64,000 nt of DNA from Flectonema sp. DT1601. Lineage: Eukaryota. Positions within the stretch are counted from its first letter, which is position 1, and the number at the start of each line of letters is the position of its first letter. The position numbers were made by a program, and so were the translations under genes. Below, one piece after another: positions 1 to 12,129 of this stretch. The notes beneath the pieces were generated by a model. The model saw nothing but the letters and a program-made list of their open reading frames with translations. It did not search any database and was not told the origin of the DNA. The stretch lies in contig OZ025786.1 of the NCBI GenBank assembly GCA_964019425.1, positions 372,001 to 436,000 of the forward strand, written 5' to 3'.

Positions 1-371
1 AACCAAAGCGAAGATGGACTATGCTAACGTTTAAGAATGGAGCACCAATGGAAGGTAGCGATTCCCTTTTAGAACTTGACAGGTCTCCTGCGTACATGTT
101 TGGAAGAGACTCTGCTATTGTTGATATTCCTGTTCATCATCCAAGTATTAGTATGCAGCATGCTGTTATTGTTTTTAGACTAACCCGAACAGATGATGAA
201 AATCGTCCGACCTCAAAACCTTATATCATCGACCTCGACTCTACTAACGGTACTTTCATAAATGGAAAACAACTAACCGGTAATCGCTATCAGCTTCTAC
301 ATACAAAAGATAGTATTAAATTGGGACAATCGACGAGAGAATATATGCTTATAGATTCCACAGGTGTATGA
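1..371 (+). CDS. FHA-domain protein, SNIP1/Pml1-like (5' end probably outside the window)
   Basis: FHA motifs YMFGRD, HHPSISMQHAVI, PYIIDLDSTNGTFING, IKLGQSTREY; closely resembles the SNIP1/Pml1 C-terminal FHA domain. Confidence 0.85.
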   Translation, partial: PKRRWTMLTFKNGAPMEGSDSLLELDRSPAYMFGRDSAIVDIPVHHPSISMQHAVIVFRLTRTDDENRPTSKPYIIDLDSTNGTFINGKQLTGNRYQLLHTKDSIKLGQSTREYMLIDSTGV

Positions 372-510
372 CGAGTTTTTTCTTGTTTTCTTAATTCGAC
401 TGCTTGGCCGACCAACATAACTGTTGGTATTGCCGTCTTCTGTTGTCTTGTTGTTAGAATTACGTGATTTTGTTCTCATCAGGAAAAAAAAAAAAAAAAA
501 AAACTCCAAA

Positions 511-2319
511 ATGGGAAACTCTATTTCCACAATGAGCCCTCCAAAGGCGGTGACCAGAGTTGTCAGCGTTTATATTTTATTTTTGGTATACAAATGGTCG
601 AAGAGAGCTGCAACTAGAAACATGTTGCAAGAAAGAGCAACAAAGAAGAGAGGGGAGAGAGATGCGAAGAGAAAGAACGAATTTGGGGAGTTGAACTTTG
701 CAAAGTGCGCTGATAATTTGAAAATTATTAATATGACTGCCGGAGAGCTACTTGAAGCGATGAACAAGAGCGAGCTTTCATCAGAACAGATTGTTACCGC
801 TATTTGCGCTCGTGCAAAGCAAGCTGGTGAAGAATTGGACCTCTGCGCTGAAGAAAACTACACAAACGCCATCAAAGAGGCTCGTCTATGCGACGAAGAA
901 CGCAAAGCTGGTAAGCTCAGAGGTCTTCTACACGGTCTTCCTATTTCTATAAAAGATCAAATCCACTTAAAGGGATTTGACAGCACTTGCGGACTAGCAT
1001 GCAGAGTTGGAAAACCTCTCACATACACATCATGTTTAATTCAATTGTTATTAAATGAAGGAGCTATTCCTTACGTCAGATCAAATATCCCACAGTCTTT
1101 AATGTTACCAGAATCATTTAATGCTATTTGGGGTGTTGCTAAGAACCCATACGACAAGACAAGAACTCCTGGAGGAAGTAGTGGAGGAGAAGGTGGTTTA
1201 GTAGCTTGTGGAGCATCTCCGTTAGGTATCGGAACTGATATCGGAGGTTCAATTAGAATTCCTGCAGCTTTCTGTGGTGTTTGTGGATTCAAACCAACAC
1301 CTCAAAGAGTATCAGGACATGGTTGTGGTGTACCTCGTCCTGGTGATTCAACTGGTCAGAATGGAATTCCTTCTGTCGCTGGTCCACTTGCCAGATCAGT
1401 GTCTGACTTAGAACTTGTTATGCAGATCTGGTGTGGCGCTACTAACGACTCTCCTTCGATGAGTGATTTCGATACAACAGTTCCGAGATCTCCTTGGATC
1501 CCTCACACTGAAAAGATGAAATTTGGATATTTCATCAATGACGGTTTCTTCCCACCCAGCCCTTGCTACGAACGTGCCGTAGAAGCGACTGTAGCTGCGG
1601 TAAGAGCTGCTGGTTATGAAGTTGTTCCTATTAAGTTTGACTTAAGCGAGGAAGCTTTTAGCTATATTAAGTTAAGTGCTGCTGAGGGAAACATGCGAGG
1701 ATTTATTGACGGATTAGAAGGTGAAAAGCTCCACGAGTACTACAGTTTCTTGTACAACGTATCAAACATGCCAACTATGGTGCGTAATGCTGTAGTTTCT
1801 ATTCAAAAGATTATGGGAAAGAACAGAATGTCTTCTCTTGTCAACTGTGGTAGAAAACTAGACACTTACCAGTACTGGGCAGCTATTAATGTCAGAAACA
1901 AACAGAAGAATGCTTTCACTGAGTACATGCAACAGAATGGTATCTCTGCTGTATTATCTCCAGGGATGGGGATGTCGGCATTTAAACACGGAGGGTCAAC
2001 AAGATTGAGTATGGCATGCTCATACACTTTCTTATGGAATTTATTTCAATTCCCTGCAGGAACAGTTCCAGTAACTTACGTCAAAGAGGGTGAAGACAAT
2101 TACCCAAAAGTGTTTAAGGATACTTTAGAAGCATCTGCGTACTCTGATATTAAGGGAACAGTTGGCCTTCCTGTTTGCGTTCAAGTCACAACTCTTCCTT
2201 TCAAAGACGAACTTTGCATTGCAGCAATGAAGGTTGTTGAGACTGCTGTGCAGGACTTGTGGGAGAAACCAGAATTTAAAGCGTTCTCTTCACAGGTAAG
2301 TGCACCTCCTCTTAAGTAG
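511..2319 (+). CDS. Fatty-acid amide hydrolase / amidase-signature enzyme with N-terminal membrane anchor
   Basis: LHGLPISIKD, TPGGSSGGEG, GTDIGGSIRIPAAFCG (Ser-cisSer-Lys amidase signature). ATG at 511 follows an A-run; the upstream ORF extension is low complexity. Confidence 0.92.
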   Translation: MGNSISTMSPPKAVTRVVSVYILFLVYKWSKRAATRNMLQERATKKRGERDAKRKNEFGELNFAKCADNLKIINMTAGELLEAMNKSELSSEQIVTAICARAKQAGEELDLCAEENYTNAIKEARLCDEERKAGKLRGLLHGLPISIKDQIHLKGFDSTCGLACRVGKPLTYTSCLIQLLLNEGAIPYVRSNIPQSLMLPESFNAIWGVAKNPYDKTRTPGGSSGGEGGLVACGASPLGIGTDIGGSIRIPAAFCGVCGFKPTPQRVSGHGCGVPRPGDSTGQNGIPSVAGPLARSVSDLELVMQIWCGATNDSPSMSDFDTTVPRSPWIPHTEKMKFGYFINDGFFPPSPCYERAVEATVAAVRAAGYEVVPIKFDLSEEAFSYIKLSAAEGNMRGFIDGLEGEKLHEYYSFLYNVSNMPTMVRNAVVSIQKIMGKNRMSSLVNCGRKLDTYQYWAAINVRNKQKNAFTEYMQQNGISAVLSPGMGMSAFKHGGSTRLSMACSYTFLWNLFQFPAGTVPVTYVKEGEDNYPKVFKDTLEASAYSDIKGTVGLPVCVQVTTLPFKDELCIAAMKVVETAVQDLWEKPEFKAFSSQVSAPPLK

Positions 2320-2590
2320 ATGAGGGTACCTACTTTGAGGCAATCTGAACACTTCTGACTGCTTTGTCTTGAAGATGATTTCATTGATGGGCGATTGCAA
2401 GTCTGTAAGTTTTGAGATCATTAATTTTTATTTTCATTAATCTTTTCTTTTTTTTGTTTGTTTGTAGTTGCAATGAAGGGAGTATTTGAAGGGATATCTC
2501 ACTATTATTTCATAATTGAAGTTAGAAACATTGATTATAATGTAGAGCGTGTACGTCATTTGCAGAGTGTTAGCCTGTATTAACATTATT

Positions 2591-2677
2591 AGTCACTTGT
2601 GTCATGAGTTTTTTTAATTTCATTATTTAGCTTTGATACAATACGGTGATTTATATTCGGATAAACCTAATCAAACA
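2591..2677. repeat. ~87-bp dispersed repeat, similar to 35911-35996
   Basis: agtcac(t)tgtgtcatgagttttt...tgatacaatac...gatttatattcg...aacctaatcaaaca is present at both sites. Confidence 0.75.
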
Positions 2678-3044
2678 ATTTATCCCCAACACCAACGAAA
2701 AAAAAAAGAATAATTATTTTCTTTCAAAAATTAACTTTTCTGGATGACAGCACCGAACGGTAGTAAGCTATCTGGGAGTTCATTGATTTTTTTTTATTTA
2801 TTTTTTTTGTTTTTAATCCGCCTCCCACCCAACGTGATAAGCATGTGTGGCATGAACCATCGTTTTGATTGTTTTATTTGTTTTTTTTAAAATTAGTTTT
2901 TTATGTTCAAAACAGCAGATAGATGTTTCTTATGAAAAAAAAGCAAAAAAAAAAAAACATTTTTAAAAGGCTTATTTATATTTTGATGTGGTTTTATATT
3001 TTTGTTTAACAGATCTTATAAGAAGGGGATACGATTCCCGAAAA

Positions 3045-5359
3045 ATGCAAGACTTAGGGGAACCAATTCCAATGCCTCCGGCACCCCCTCCCGTCGCAAG
3101 GACTGATGATGATCTTTCTGGTGAAAATAAGCCTCTCCCTCGCATCATAGCATCAAATCTACCAAAGTCTTGGGGAAATATTAATCTGGGAAAATTCTTT
3201 GAACAATTCGGTGCGGTTACAGACTGTGGACTCTTGCCAGGAACTGATAAAGGATATGTTTTATTGTCAAATGTCGGTGATATCTTGAAAGCAGTTCGAT
3301 CTGTACCACAACTACCACCTGTTGAATATTGTAAAATAACAGCTATAGTTGATGATGGTGAGGGAACTCCTCCTGAGCAAATCCAACAACCAATATCGGA
3401 CATAAAGAGGCCAAGGTTAGATGATACATCTCTTGGTGACCCTCAACCTCCATTGAGAGTACCAGACAATAACAACAACACCTCCCATATTAACGATGAT
3501 AGACTTCGAAAACAAAAGCCACAACTTCCTTTATCAATGCACGGTGATATGGGAAGGAAGTCTTTTCATGATAATTTGAGTGGTAATGTTCCTCCCGAGG
3601 GACAAGACTTGGTAAGAGCTCTAAGTGGAAATGGTCAAGTAGCAAATATAATAACAGCAATGCAAGAAAAGAACAGAGAACAGGGAATGGTTGGGCAAGT
3701 ACCTCATCACCATCACCATCACCATCACCAACATCACCACCGAAACCATCATAATCGTCATGTTGGTGGTAGGGGTGGTGGTAGTGTTGGAGTAGGTGTT
3801 GGTGGTATGGGGGATTCCCGTCAACCAGCTCTGGCTCGTTTTTTAACGACTCCAGTTGGACCAACAGGAGTTCCAGCATCTGGTCCAATTAATACAAATA
3901 ACCCAACTAATATGGATACACTAAAAAAGAACCTTCTCAGCAACCCAGCAATAAGAAACGCATTACAGCAAATGACAGCAGCACAGGGAAGTTCTTTGTT
4001 GCCACCAACGCAGGTTGTTACAAAACCTATTGTTGGCGTTGGAGGGTTAGCGCAACCAGCAACAAATGGAGCTAATATTTTGTCTCAATTACAGAGTGCA
4101 GTTGCAGGTAGAGTGCAGCAGCCTCAGGCTCAGCCATTTCCAACACCAACTCCAACTCCGCAGCTTCAGCCTCCTCAGGGAGGTGGAGTAGTACAGCAAT
4201 TAATTCAAACACTTGCTTCTGTTCAAGGTCAAAGTCAGGCATCTCTAACTCCGCAGCCACCAAATAGGGGAATTCCCCCTTCTTTAACATCTCCTCCTAA
4301 TCAACAGTCTTCTAATCAGCTTCTTGATTTAGTTAAGAATCTTAATAGTAATAAACAGCTACCTCCTCCAGCAGCCGTTCCGGGTTCGCTACCTCCATCC
4401 CAACATCCATCTGCTGCACCGCCTATGCAGCCGAATACATCGAACTTAGCAGCTTTGTTGCAGTCACCAGGATTGTTACAAAATCAGGCTTTGATGAAGC
4501 AGGTGACTGCTGCTATTCCTGCGAGTTCTAAACCTGTAATTCCATTGATGCCTACTCAGGTGTCAACACCAAGCAAGGGGATGAGTAAACAGAAATCTGA
4601 CATCTTATCAAAACGACCAGAAGGAAGCGACGCTGTCTACGTTATGATGAAGAGCAGTTGTCATGAATTCTTAGCACAGAGTGTTGAACATGAATTATGG
4701 TTTGTTTTTATTGTTGTTATTCAGATCCACTAAACTTGGTTTGAAAACTTTAAAAAAAAAAAAAAAAAAAGTGGGCGCTACACAGCATGTTAAACAATAA
4801 AAAAACCCAATAGGTACACCACTGATGCCATGGCAGAACAACTTAACGCGCATCTCCGAAGCAACAAGTCGGTCATACTTATATTCTCTGTTAGAGGATC
4901 GGGTTACTTCACTGGATACGCAGAGATGTTGGGACCTGTGAGAAATCGAAGCAAACACTTAACTATTAGGGTGTGCATTGTACTGTCTTAGAGTAGTCAT
5001 TTGATGATTTTATAAATAAAAACACAAAACAGGATATCGTTGATTTATTACCATCATCATGGACACAGATATTTCGTATTAACTGGAGAAGAGTGGGAAC
5101 TGTTGAATTCCCTGACACGGTTCACTTACGTGCAGACGGTCGTCCAATTCAAAGCGTCAGAGACGGTGACGTCGTCTCTCCAGAACAAGGAGCTATATTA
5201 TGTTCTATGATTGACGACGCTGCCAACCCTTCGAACAGCAAACCAGAAGTTGCTTCTCCAGTAAAGAATACTCCCTCTGATCCTGCTGCTGCTGGTGAAA
5301 ATATGGATTTCTCAAAACTCACCTACGAGGAATACGTTAACCTGATGAAGGGAGAATAG
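3045..5359 (+). CDS. RRM-like + low-complexity + C-terminal YTH-domain protein; exons 3045-4699, 4814-4970, 5033-5359
   Basis: GT-AG introns 4700-4813 and 4971-5032 keep the frame and rebuild YTH motifs: VYVMMKS..SVEHELW|YTT..VILIFSVRGSGYFTGYAEM..FRINW..HL..PIQSVRDG..GAILCSMID. An alternative in-frame donor at 4938 is possible. Confidence 0.82.
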
Positions 5360-5905
5360 GGAACTAAGTAACGAAAGTGTTGTAAGCTTTGGGTTAGCAC
5401 TCTTTTTTTAAAACAATTATCTGCATTTTGATATTTTGGCTACTACGTCAAGTTCGTGTATGAGGTAATTCCCAAAAAACCAGAAAAAAAAAAAATGAAA
5501 ATGAAAATGAAAAAAAAATTATAAAAAAAGAAACCACAAAAATGTAAAAAAAAAAAAAAAAAAACCCTTTTAGTGTTCTTCGTGCTGGAGTTTGATCTTC
5601 CAAGAGAGAGAGAAACGGTAAAATCAAGGAACTAATTTATTGATTTTGGTGTTTAACTATCACTTTGTAGCTTCGATCACCGATGATAGTCAGACCGAAA
5701 CGAAACTTTACATACACACTGAGCCACTAAGTGTGCCTGTAGCAAGTTTTTTAAGCCAACAAGCGACGATAAAAAAGAAAAGGAAGAAACAGACTATTGT
5801 AACACGAGAAAAAAAAAAAAAAGAAAAAGAAGAAAAAAAGAATGATGAAGAAAAATGAACGAAAAAAAATAAAACAAAAATTACCGTACATTCGGGGTCG
5901 TTTTC

Positions 5906-5937
<32 letters not shown>

Positions 5938-6027
5938 GAAAAAAAAAAAAAGGAAATATTGGTAGGCCAACCAACGTTTGTTTTTGTTATGTTTATGTGA
6001 ATTGATTTTTTCCCTCACAGTCTAAAA

Positions 6028-6843
6028 ATGATTACGCCAGAAGTAATTGAGAACAGGAGAAAGCTTCTTCAACCGTATGCTTTGTTTTTTACTCGGAAAC
6101 AACTATGTTCTTATTCGAGTCCTTTTTAAAAAAAAAAAAAAACAGGTGCGAAGCAGCACTTGCAGCCCTTCAGCAGAAAGTTGAAGCTGAGGATAAAATA
6201 GTGATGGAAAACATTTTCAAGGCTGAAATGAATTTCAGAAAGAATGCCGGCAATGCAATTGCTGAAAGGAATGCTTTACTATCAACAAACCCTGATTACT
6301 TCCCTCATTGCATATCACAAATAACCGACCTGACTCCTGCAGATGCCAGTCTTTTACAACACCTCAAAAATATCAAAACAACCTACAAAGCTGAAGGCTT
6401 AAAAAAAAGAGTGACACTCGTATTCGAACAAAACCCACTTATAAGTAACACTGAGCTCTGGATTGAGCTTACGGGTACTGAACAGGATGTGACTTTTAGT
6501 GGAATTGAGTTTTTAACTTCAAGTAAATCGGAACCGAAAAAGAATTTGAAACGATCAAAGCCGGTTGATACTCCATATGTGTTCTTTAAGTCATTTGAAA
6601 AAGATGCGGATGAAGCTGAGGTATGTTCACCTTTAGCTGTATTAGTTTATGTTGGTTCGCGGTTTCGTGTGTGCACAAACAAAAGTTTTTCTTTTGAAAA
6701 AACTAATAACAATAACAAAATTGCCACAAAAACACTCACAGGGTGAAACTTTGTTTGAAGATCTACTTAGCATCGAACTGAACGGTACCAACCCTGTCGA
6801 CGAAGAATGTGAAGAAGAAGACGCAATGGAAAGCGAAGACTGA
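6028..6843 (+). CDS. Nucleosome assembly protein (NAP/SET)-like; exons 6028-6074, 6146-6620, 6742-6843
   Basis: Frame-preserving gtatg...cag introns. N-terminal helix, LLQHLKNIK, VTLVFEQNPLISNTEL, FFKSF and an acidic tail. Polypyrimidine-AG at 6020 before the ATG. Confidence 0.7.
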
Positions 6844-7047
6844 GAGATCGCAATGAAAAGATATCAGTAGACGATCAGTTTATTAATCTTTACGAATAGT
6901 AGTATTTTCCACTAACCCTACGTCATCATTGTTTTGATAATAATGAAACTAAGCAAATCCTGTATCTTCATTATTATCAGAGTTTTATTATGTTCCCTTT
7001 CTTTATTAGAGTAAGTTAGTTTACATTGAATTATTACTCCACAGCGC

Positions 7048-8472
7048 ATGCTGAGGTGCAACATGACTAACAGCTTCGAAAATGACGATGACAATCTGAA
7101 GTTGCGGGGGGAGGACTCAGATGAAGAATTCTCATTAGAACACTACCTCGATGTTAATATGGGTCGATATCAGTGGATTACACTTCTAGCATTGGGTCTT
7201 TCGAATGCAGCTGATTGTACTGAACTGATGTTGATTTCATTTATTATGCCAAAGTTAGACTTTACTGACACCATGAAAGGTATCCTATCAGGTTCAATGT
7301 TTTTGGGAATGATTGTTGGAGGTCTGTGTTCAGGTAGCTTATCAGGGATGATTGGCAGAAGAAAATGTTTGATATCCGCACTCTCAGTTAATGTTATTTT
7401 CGGTACGCTAACAGCGCTATTCCCTAATAGTTGGGAATGGATCTTCTTCTGTAGAACCACTGCAGGTGTTGGCGTTGGAGGGACAGTCCCAGCCATGTTC
7501 ACGATGGCTTCAGAAATAACTTCACAGAAATACCGAGGACAGTTTATCAACATGGTGTGCACCTGTTGGATGGTTGGTGGCATATTCACAGGCGGAACTG
7601 CCTGGGTGATGCTTGGCTACTACGATTTGAGTTGGAGATATTTGTGTGCTGCTTCACAAGTTCCATCAATTGTGGCGTTGGCGGTACTTTTTTTGTACGT
7701 TCTCGAAACACCAAAATATTATGTGTCGAAAAGAGACGAAGAGAGCCTTCGAGATGTTCTCACAACAATGGCTAAAAGAAACAAAGCAGAACCACCACCA
7801 CCAGTCCCCTTGCTTACAGAAATGTGTGGCGGTGAAATAGAAGAACGTGTCACGTTAAAGGAAAGTATAAAAATATTGAGAGAGCTATACTCGAAAAGAA
7901 TGATAAGGACTACTTGCTTACTAACAGTAACGTGGTTTACTTTATCATTTGGTTGGTATGGGATTATATTGTGGGTTCCAAAGCTGTTCGATAGATTTGG
8001 ACACGATGACATCTACGGTGATGCTTTACTTGTTCAAATAGCAACCCTACCAGGGAATGTAGCGAGTGCAATATTAATTGATCGTCTTGGTAGGAAGAAA
8101 TTGTTAATATCATCAATGACGTTATCATGTTTTATTTGTGTAGCCCTCGGTTTTCAAAATACGCTAACAGGAACAGTGATACTAGCGTGTGTTTATAATG
8201 GAATATCAATAGCAGGATGGAATTCATTAGGTTGTTTAACTTCTGAATCATTTCCAACGGCTGAACGAAGTACCGCAGTTGGGTTACTGTCTTCTGTTGG
8301 CAAGCTGGCTAGTGGACTCTCTCAAGTAGCGTTTGGTGTTATGTTTTATTATAATCTTCCATACTCTGCTATACTGTTTCTAGCTGCAGGTATGATGTTG
8401 CTCGGATCAATAGCAACTTCATTTCTTCCTTTCGAACCAATGAATCACAGTATAGATGATGTTCTCGTCTAA
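7048..8472 (+). CDS. MFS transporter (SV2/SVOP-like)
   Basis: About 12 hydrophobic segments, motif A GMIGRRK and IDRLGRKK, ETPKY, ESFPTAERSTA. Confidence 0.9.
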   Translation: MLRCNMTNSFENDDDNLKLRGEDSDEEFSLEHYLDVNMGRYQWITLLALGLSNAADCTELMLISFIMPKLDFTDTMKGILSGSMFLGMIVGGLCSGSLSGMIGRRKCLISALSVNVIFGTLTALFPNSWEWIFFCRTTAGVGVGGTVPAMFTMASEITSQKYRGQFINMVCTCWMVGGIFTGGTAWVMLGYYDLSWRYLCAASQVPSIVALAVLFLYVLETPKYYVSKRDEESLRDVLTTMAKRNKAEPPPPVPLLTEMCGGEIEERVTLKESIKILRELYSKRMIRTTCLLTVTWFTLSFGWYGIILWVPKLFDRFGHDDIYGDALLVQIATLPGNVASAILIDRLGRKKLLISSMTLSCFICVALGFQNTLTGTVILACVYNGISIAGWNSLGCLTSESFPTAERSTAVGLLSSVGKLASGLSQVAFGVMFYYNLPYSAILFLAAGMMLLGSIATSFLPFEPMNHSIDDVLV

Positions 8473-8749
8473 AAAGTAGTTTGTCTACTCCGATTGCATG
8501 CATTCGAGGGGTGGATACCTTATCAGTTTGAAATCTGTATAAGCGATTCATTGTAACAATAAAAAAAAAGAATCAACAGAGATGATCGACGTAGACAATC
8601 ACTCCAGTAAGAATATCTCTTGTTGTCAACACAGCAATCAGAAATGTTTAGTTCGTTCTTTCCAAATACATTTTTCCCTTCCTTTCTCCTATTCTCTTTG
8701 ATCAAAATAATTTCCCACTGAATTAACCACAGAAAGACAGCTGTGATGA

Positions 8750-9830
8750 ATGTAATAACCCTCCCCGCAGCAACATGCTGCGATAATATTGCAGGCCATA
8801 GCCACGGGGAGAGTTATTGCACGGTTTGTAATTATTATTATTATTTTTTTTTTTTGTACCGACGTTGTTGGAGAAGAAACTATTCAGATTGAAAGCCGTT
8901 ATTTCTAGTCATGACTTATAATCCCGATTCTCTCTGCGTTCAACGAAAAGTCGGCAATGACCTCGATGTTAGAAGGACTGAGAGTGTTATCGGTGAGGAA
9001 GGTTGGAGGACGTGACGAAGTCGTCTGCGGAAGGTGAGGAGACTAATCTGGATAGCTTTTTTTTTTGTTTCATTCCTTAACTATAGCAGTTGCTTATACA
9101 CAGGATAGGTGGGTTCATCCCCCTTCCTTATTTCATTCCTCCTCCACAATGCAAGGGAAAAAAAACGAATTTCAGCAGCCTCATTGCGAAACAAAGTTGC
9201 GGAAAGAATCACTGGTTTTTTTTTTTTTTTTTTTGCAAGTTCTCCTTTCTTTTCTATTTTATATCCCATTCCTGGTCAAAAGTGATTCTGATACACAATA
9301 ATCAAGATGATAAGGATATGGTCCCAATCCTTTTCTTATTTAATCCGTCCTCGATAACGCAGGTGAGAATAACAAAGCAGCATACTGCGATCGTTGAACC
9401 TAAAGCTACGGAAAGAATTATTGGGTTTACTATTTTTTTTTTCTCTCTTTTTTTTTTCCTTTTTGCAACGACGAAGTCGGTAGAAGAAGACTATTCGGTT
9501 TATATATTTTTTATGTTATCTATTCTCCCCTTGCTATCAACAAAAAATACAAAGGCTATTATCTGAATGATTTTTTTATGTCCATTCCTATATGTGATTG
9601 CCATACACAATAATCACGGAAGATAAGGTAGGTTTCCAATATTTTTCTTATTTTAGTCGCACCTCCAATAACGTATTTTTATGAGAATAATAACGAATGT
9701 CAGCAGCATACTGCGATCATTGCGGAACATAGCTACAGGAGAGTTATTTTATTATTTATTTTTTTTTTTTAAAATTCGTCCTCAGCAACATATTTGTAAG
9801 AGAGAATTAACGAATATCAGCAACGTGTCT
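8750..9830. repeat. Degenerate local tandem/dispersed repeats in an intergenic region
   Basis: atacacaataatca..gataagg..ccaat..ttttcttattt at ~9291 and ~9603; gcagcatactgcgat-like motif at ~8767, ~9376 and ~9703; gattgaaagccgttatttc at ~8887 recurs at ~27704 and inverted at ~22424. Confidence 0.55.
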
Positions 9831-10084
9831 TCCTGTTCCTAAATGAGTAGATTATTTATAGTAAATTTGAGAGAAAGTTTAACAAAATAGTGTAGATTCT
9901 AGCTACGCAACTTTTCGCGTGTTTCTTTCAACGATGTGGATTAGTCTTTTCAGAAGTAAATGTTGACAATCATCCGCTCCGTCGACAAAACAAGAAAAAA
10001 AAACCCGCTTTTTTTTTTTATGGTGATACACTATTTTAATAAAAAAAAGGTTTCTATTTGTTATTTTACATTCATTCTTTGTTA

Positions 10085-10115
<31 letters not shown>

Positions 10116-10628
10116 TTTCCCTTCATTTTTCCCTGCCGTCTGACTTCTGCAGGTGGCATCTAGCCGTTGACTTTTTTATATATATTTTTTTTAACTTGTA
10201 CTACGAAAGGAAAATATGTTTGACCCGATAGATCGCAGTTCACAAATTTCGTTTTCCGTTTTGCCTTCCGTATTTTTCTCTAGTTGCGTAGCTGAGATCA
10301 AACTGAACCTCAGCATCAGCAACTGTGAAAAAAAAAAGCAAAACATCGTGTGTGTGTTCGTAAAGGGTTTTCCGATTTCTAACTGGCAGCGTCATGGTCT
10401 ACGCAAGACATTCTTTAACCATATTTGTACTACAGGAATTAGCGAACAAAAATATGGTAAAAAAAAAAATCTTTTTCAGCAACCAAAAAACACTTCTCGG
10501 AGGGATTTCTTTTATATTTTCTGTACATTTTTTTTTAGCAATTTTTTTTATTACGTTTTTTTTTTTTTTTTTCCATAGTTTTCTTATTCACACAACAAAA
10601 AAAAAAAAAAAAAAAAAAAAAAAGAATA

Positions 10629-11621
10629 ATGGCATTCGAGTTAGATATCGCCACGGATTTGTATGGAGTAAAGCATAACACAAAAATGGAGTTTGTCGGA
10701 GTTCCGACACTGAGTGAACTCATCATCGCTGTAGAAGGTAATTTTGATAAGGAAGCGAAGTCAATGAAGCCTGATGGAGTTTCCTTCAGAGTTCAAACAA
10801 TGCAGGTATACGATGACGTCCTAAACAGGTGGGTCGATTTATATAATAGCTCACAGCTGCAGCCGGGTGCTCAAGTTTTTGTTTTTCAGCCAATCGGTGG
10901 ATTAAATTCAGAGGCTCCTGGAAGAATTCCACCTGCAAAAATAACTGGAGATTCCTCTCTTGGTTCTCCTTCAAGAGCGAGAGTCACAGCTGATCTCGGA
11001 ATTAGTGGCGTCATTAGCGAGAAAATTCGCGCGTTGTACCACGAAATTGAACAAACCCACAATTCCGTCTCAGCTGCTAATTTGCATTCTTACTTCTCTG
11101 CAAATGAAATTATGTGGTCGGAGTCAACCATTGGACCTCTGTTTGGACATACTGGTGATTTAATGTTCACCGACTGGGCAAGATGGGCTGTTGGATTTCC
11201 GGCAATTATTGATAATTTATATTACAGAAGATTCGGAGGTGTCGTAAAGCTTGACCAACCAATGTTTACGGTACCACCAAATGTCCCACCAACAAGATCT
11301 GAGGTGGATAATATTGCTGCTCGTCGTGCGAGAGAATTAGAACTACGTCGATCATACACAGTAGGATGGACTGCTGAGAGAGAAGCTATTGATCAGCAGT
11401 ACAGAGCTCAGCGTAAGGCTGATTTAGACTTACAGATTCGCCATTTAACAACAAAAAATCAATTAGATCGTATCAGAGCTTACGAGAGAGCTGATGCTGA
11501 TGCTGTTTGTTTATCTCGTGCTATTGCTGCGAATGCTGCTTCACCACCTCGTAGACGTGATGATTTATGTCGAATGTTCTACAGTCCTGCAAGTCCAAGA
11601 TTCGGATATCTCTCACCGTAA
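10629..11621 (+). CDS. BILBO1 N-terminal-domain-containing protein (euglenozoan cytoskeletal family)
   Basis: MAFELDIATDLYGVKHN..PTLSELI..YDDVLNRWVDL..QLQPGAQVFVFQP matches the trypanosome BILBO1 ubiquitin-like NTD pattern; followed by a degenerate EF-hand-like region and a coiled coil. Confidence 0.8.
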   Translation: MAFELDIATDLYGVKHNTKMEFVGVPTLSELIIAVEGNFDKEAKSMKPDGVSFRVQTMQVYDDVLNRWVDLYNSSQLQPGAQVFVFQPIGGLNSEAPGRIPPAKITGDSSLGSPSRARVTADLGISGVISEKIRALYHEIEQTHNSVSAANLHSYFSANEIMWSESTIGPLFGHTGDLMFTDWARWAVGFPAIIDNLYYRRFGGVVKLDQPMFTVPPNVPPTRSEVDNIAARRARELELRRSYTVGWTAEREAIDQQYRAQRKADLDLQIRHLTTKNQLDRIRAYERADADAVCLSRAIAANAASPPRRRDDLCRMFYSPASPRFGYLSP

Positions 11622-12129
11622 TTAAAGTGTTGTAATTAAATTTTAAAGTATTGGAGAGTTGTTTTTTTTTTTTTTTTTTATTGTTGTGTTAGTTTCTCTC
11701 TCTCCACTTCCAAAAAAAAAAAAACCCCTTCCCCCTCCTTGTTTGTTGTTTACGTATTTCTGAGAACTGGGGCAACTTTTCTATACCTTTCGTGTTCATA
11801 ATATTTACTTATCGAGACTGCCAAGTGACGTCTTCGTTTCCTCGTGAGACAGTATGTAAAGTCTGAGAAGCTATTCCGCAGGTTTGCCTGTGTGAAATAA
11901 TAATAATAATAGTAAGGAAAAAAAAAGGTAACAGAAACAGGACCCCCCAGTTCTAATCCTTCACTTTGTTCCCCCACCCTAATGTTGTCGACTTAGAAAA
12001 TGTCTTATTGACGTCGAGTTTAAATAAATGTAGTTATTATTTTATAAACAGGTAGAATACAATATAAAGTCTCATCAAACGTTACCAATAGTAAGTTAAT
12101 AATAATTTTTAACTAGGAGTCACAGTAAG

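Noticed and set aside
424..510. N-terminal ORF extensions (also 2988-3044, 15328-15414, 61941-62003)
   Set aside because: Non-ATG starts running through A/T tracts, acceptor sites or the rRNA fragment; downstream ATGs fit better.
5760..5950. A-rich then T-rich block able to fold back
   Set aside because: Low-complexity homopolymer tracts are common throughout the intergenic DNA here.
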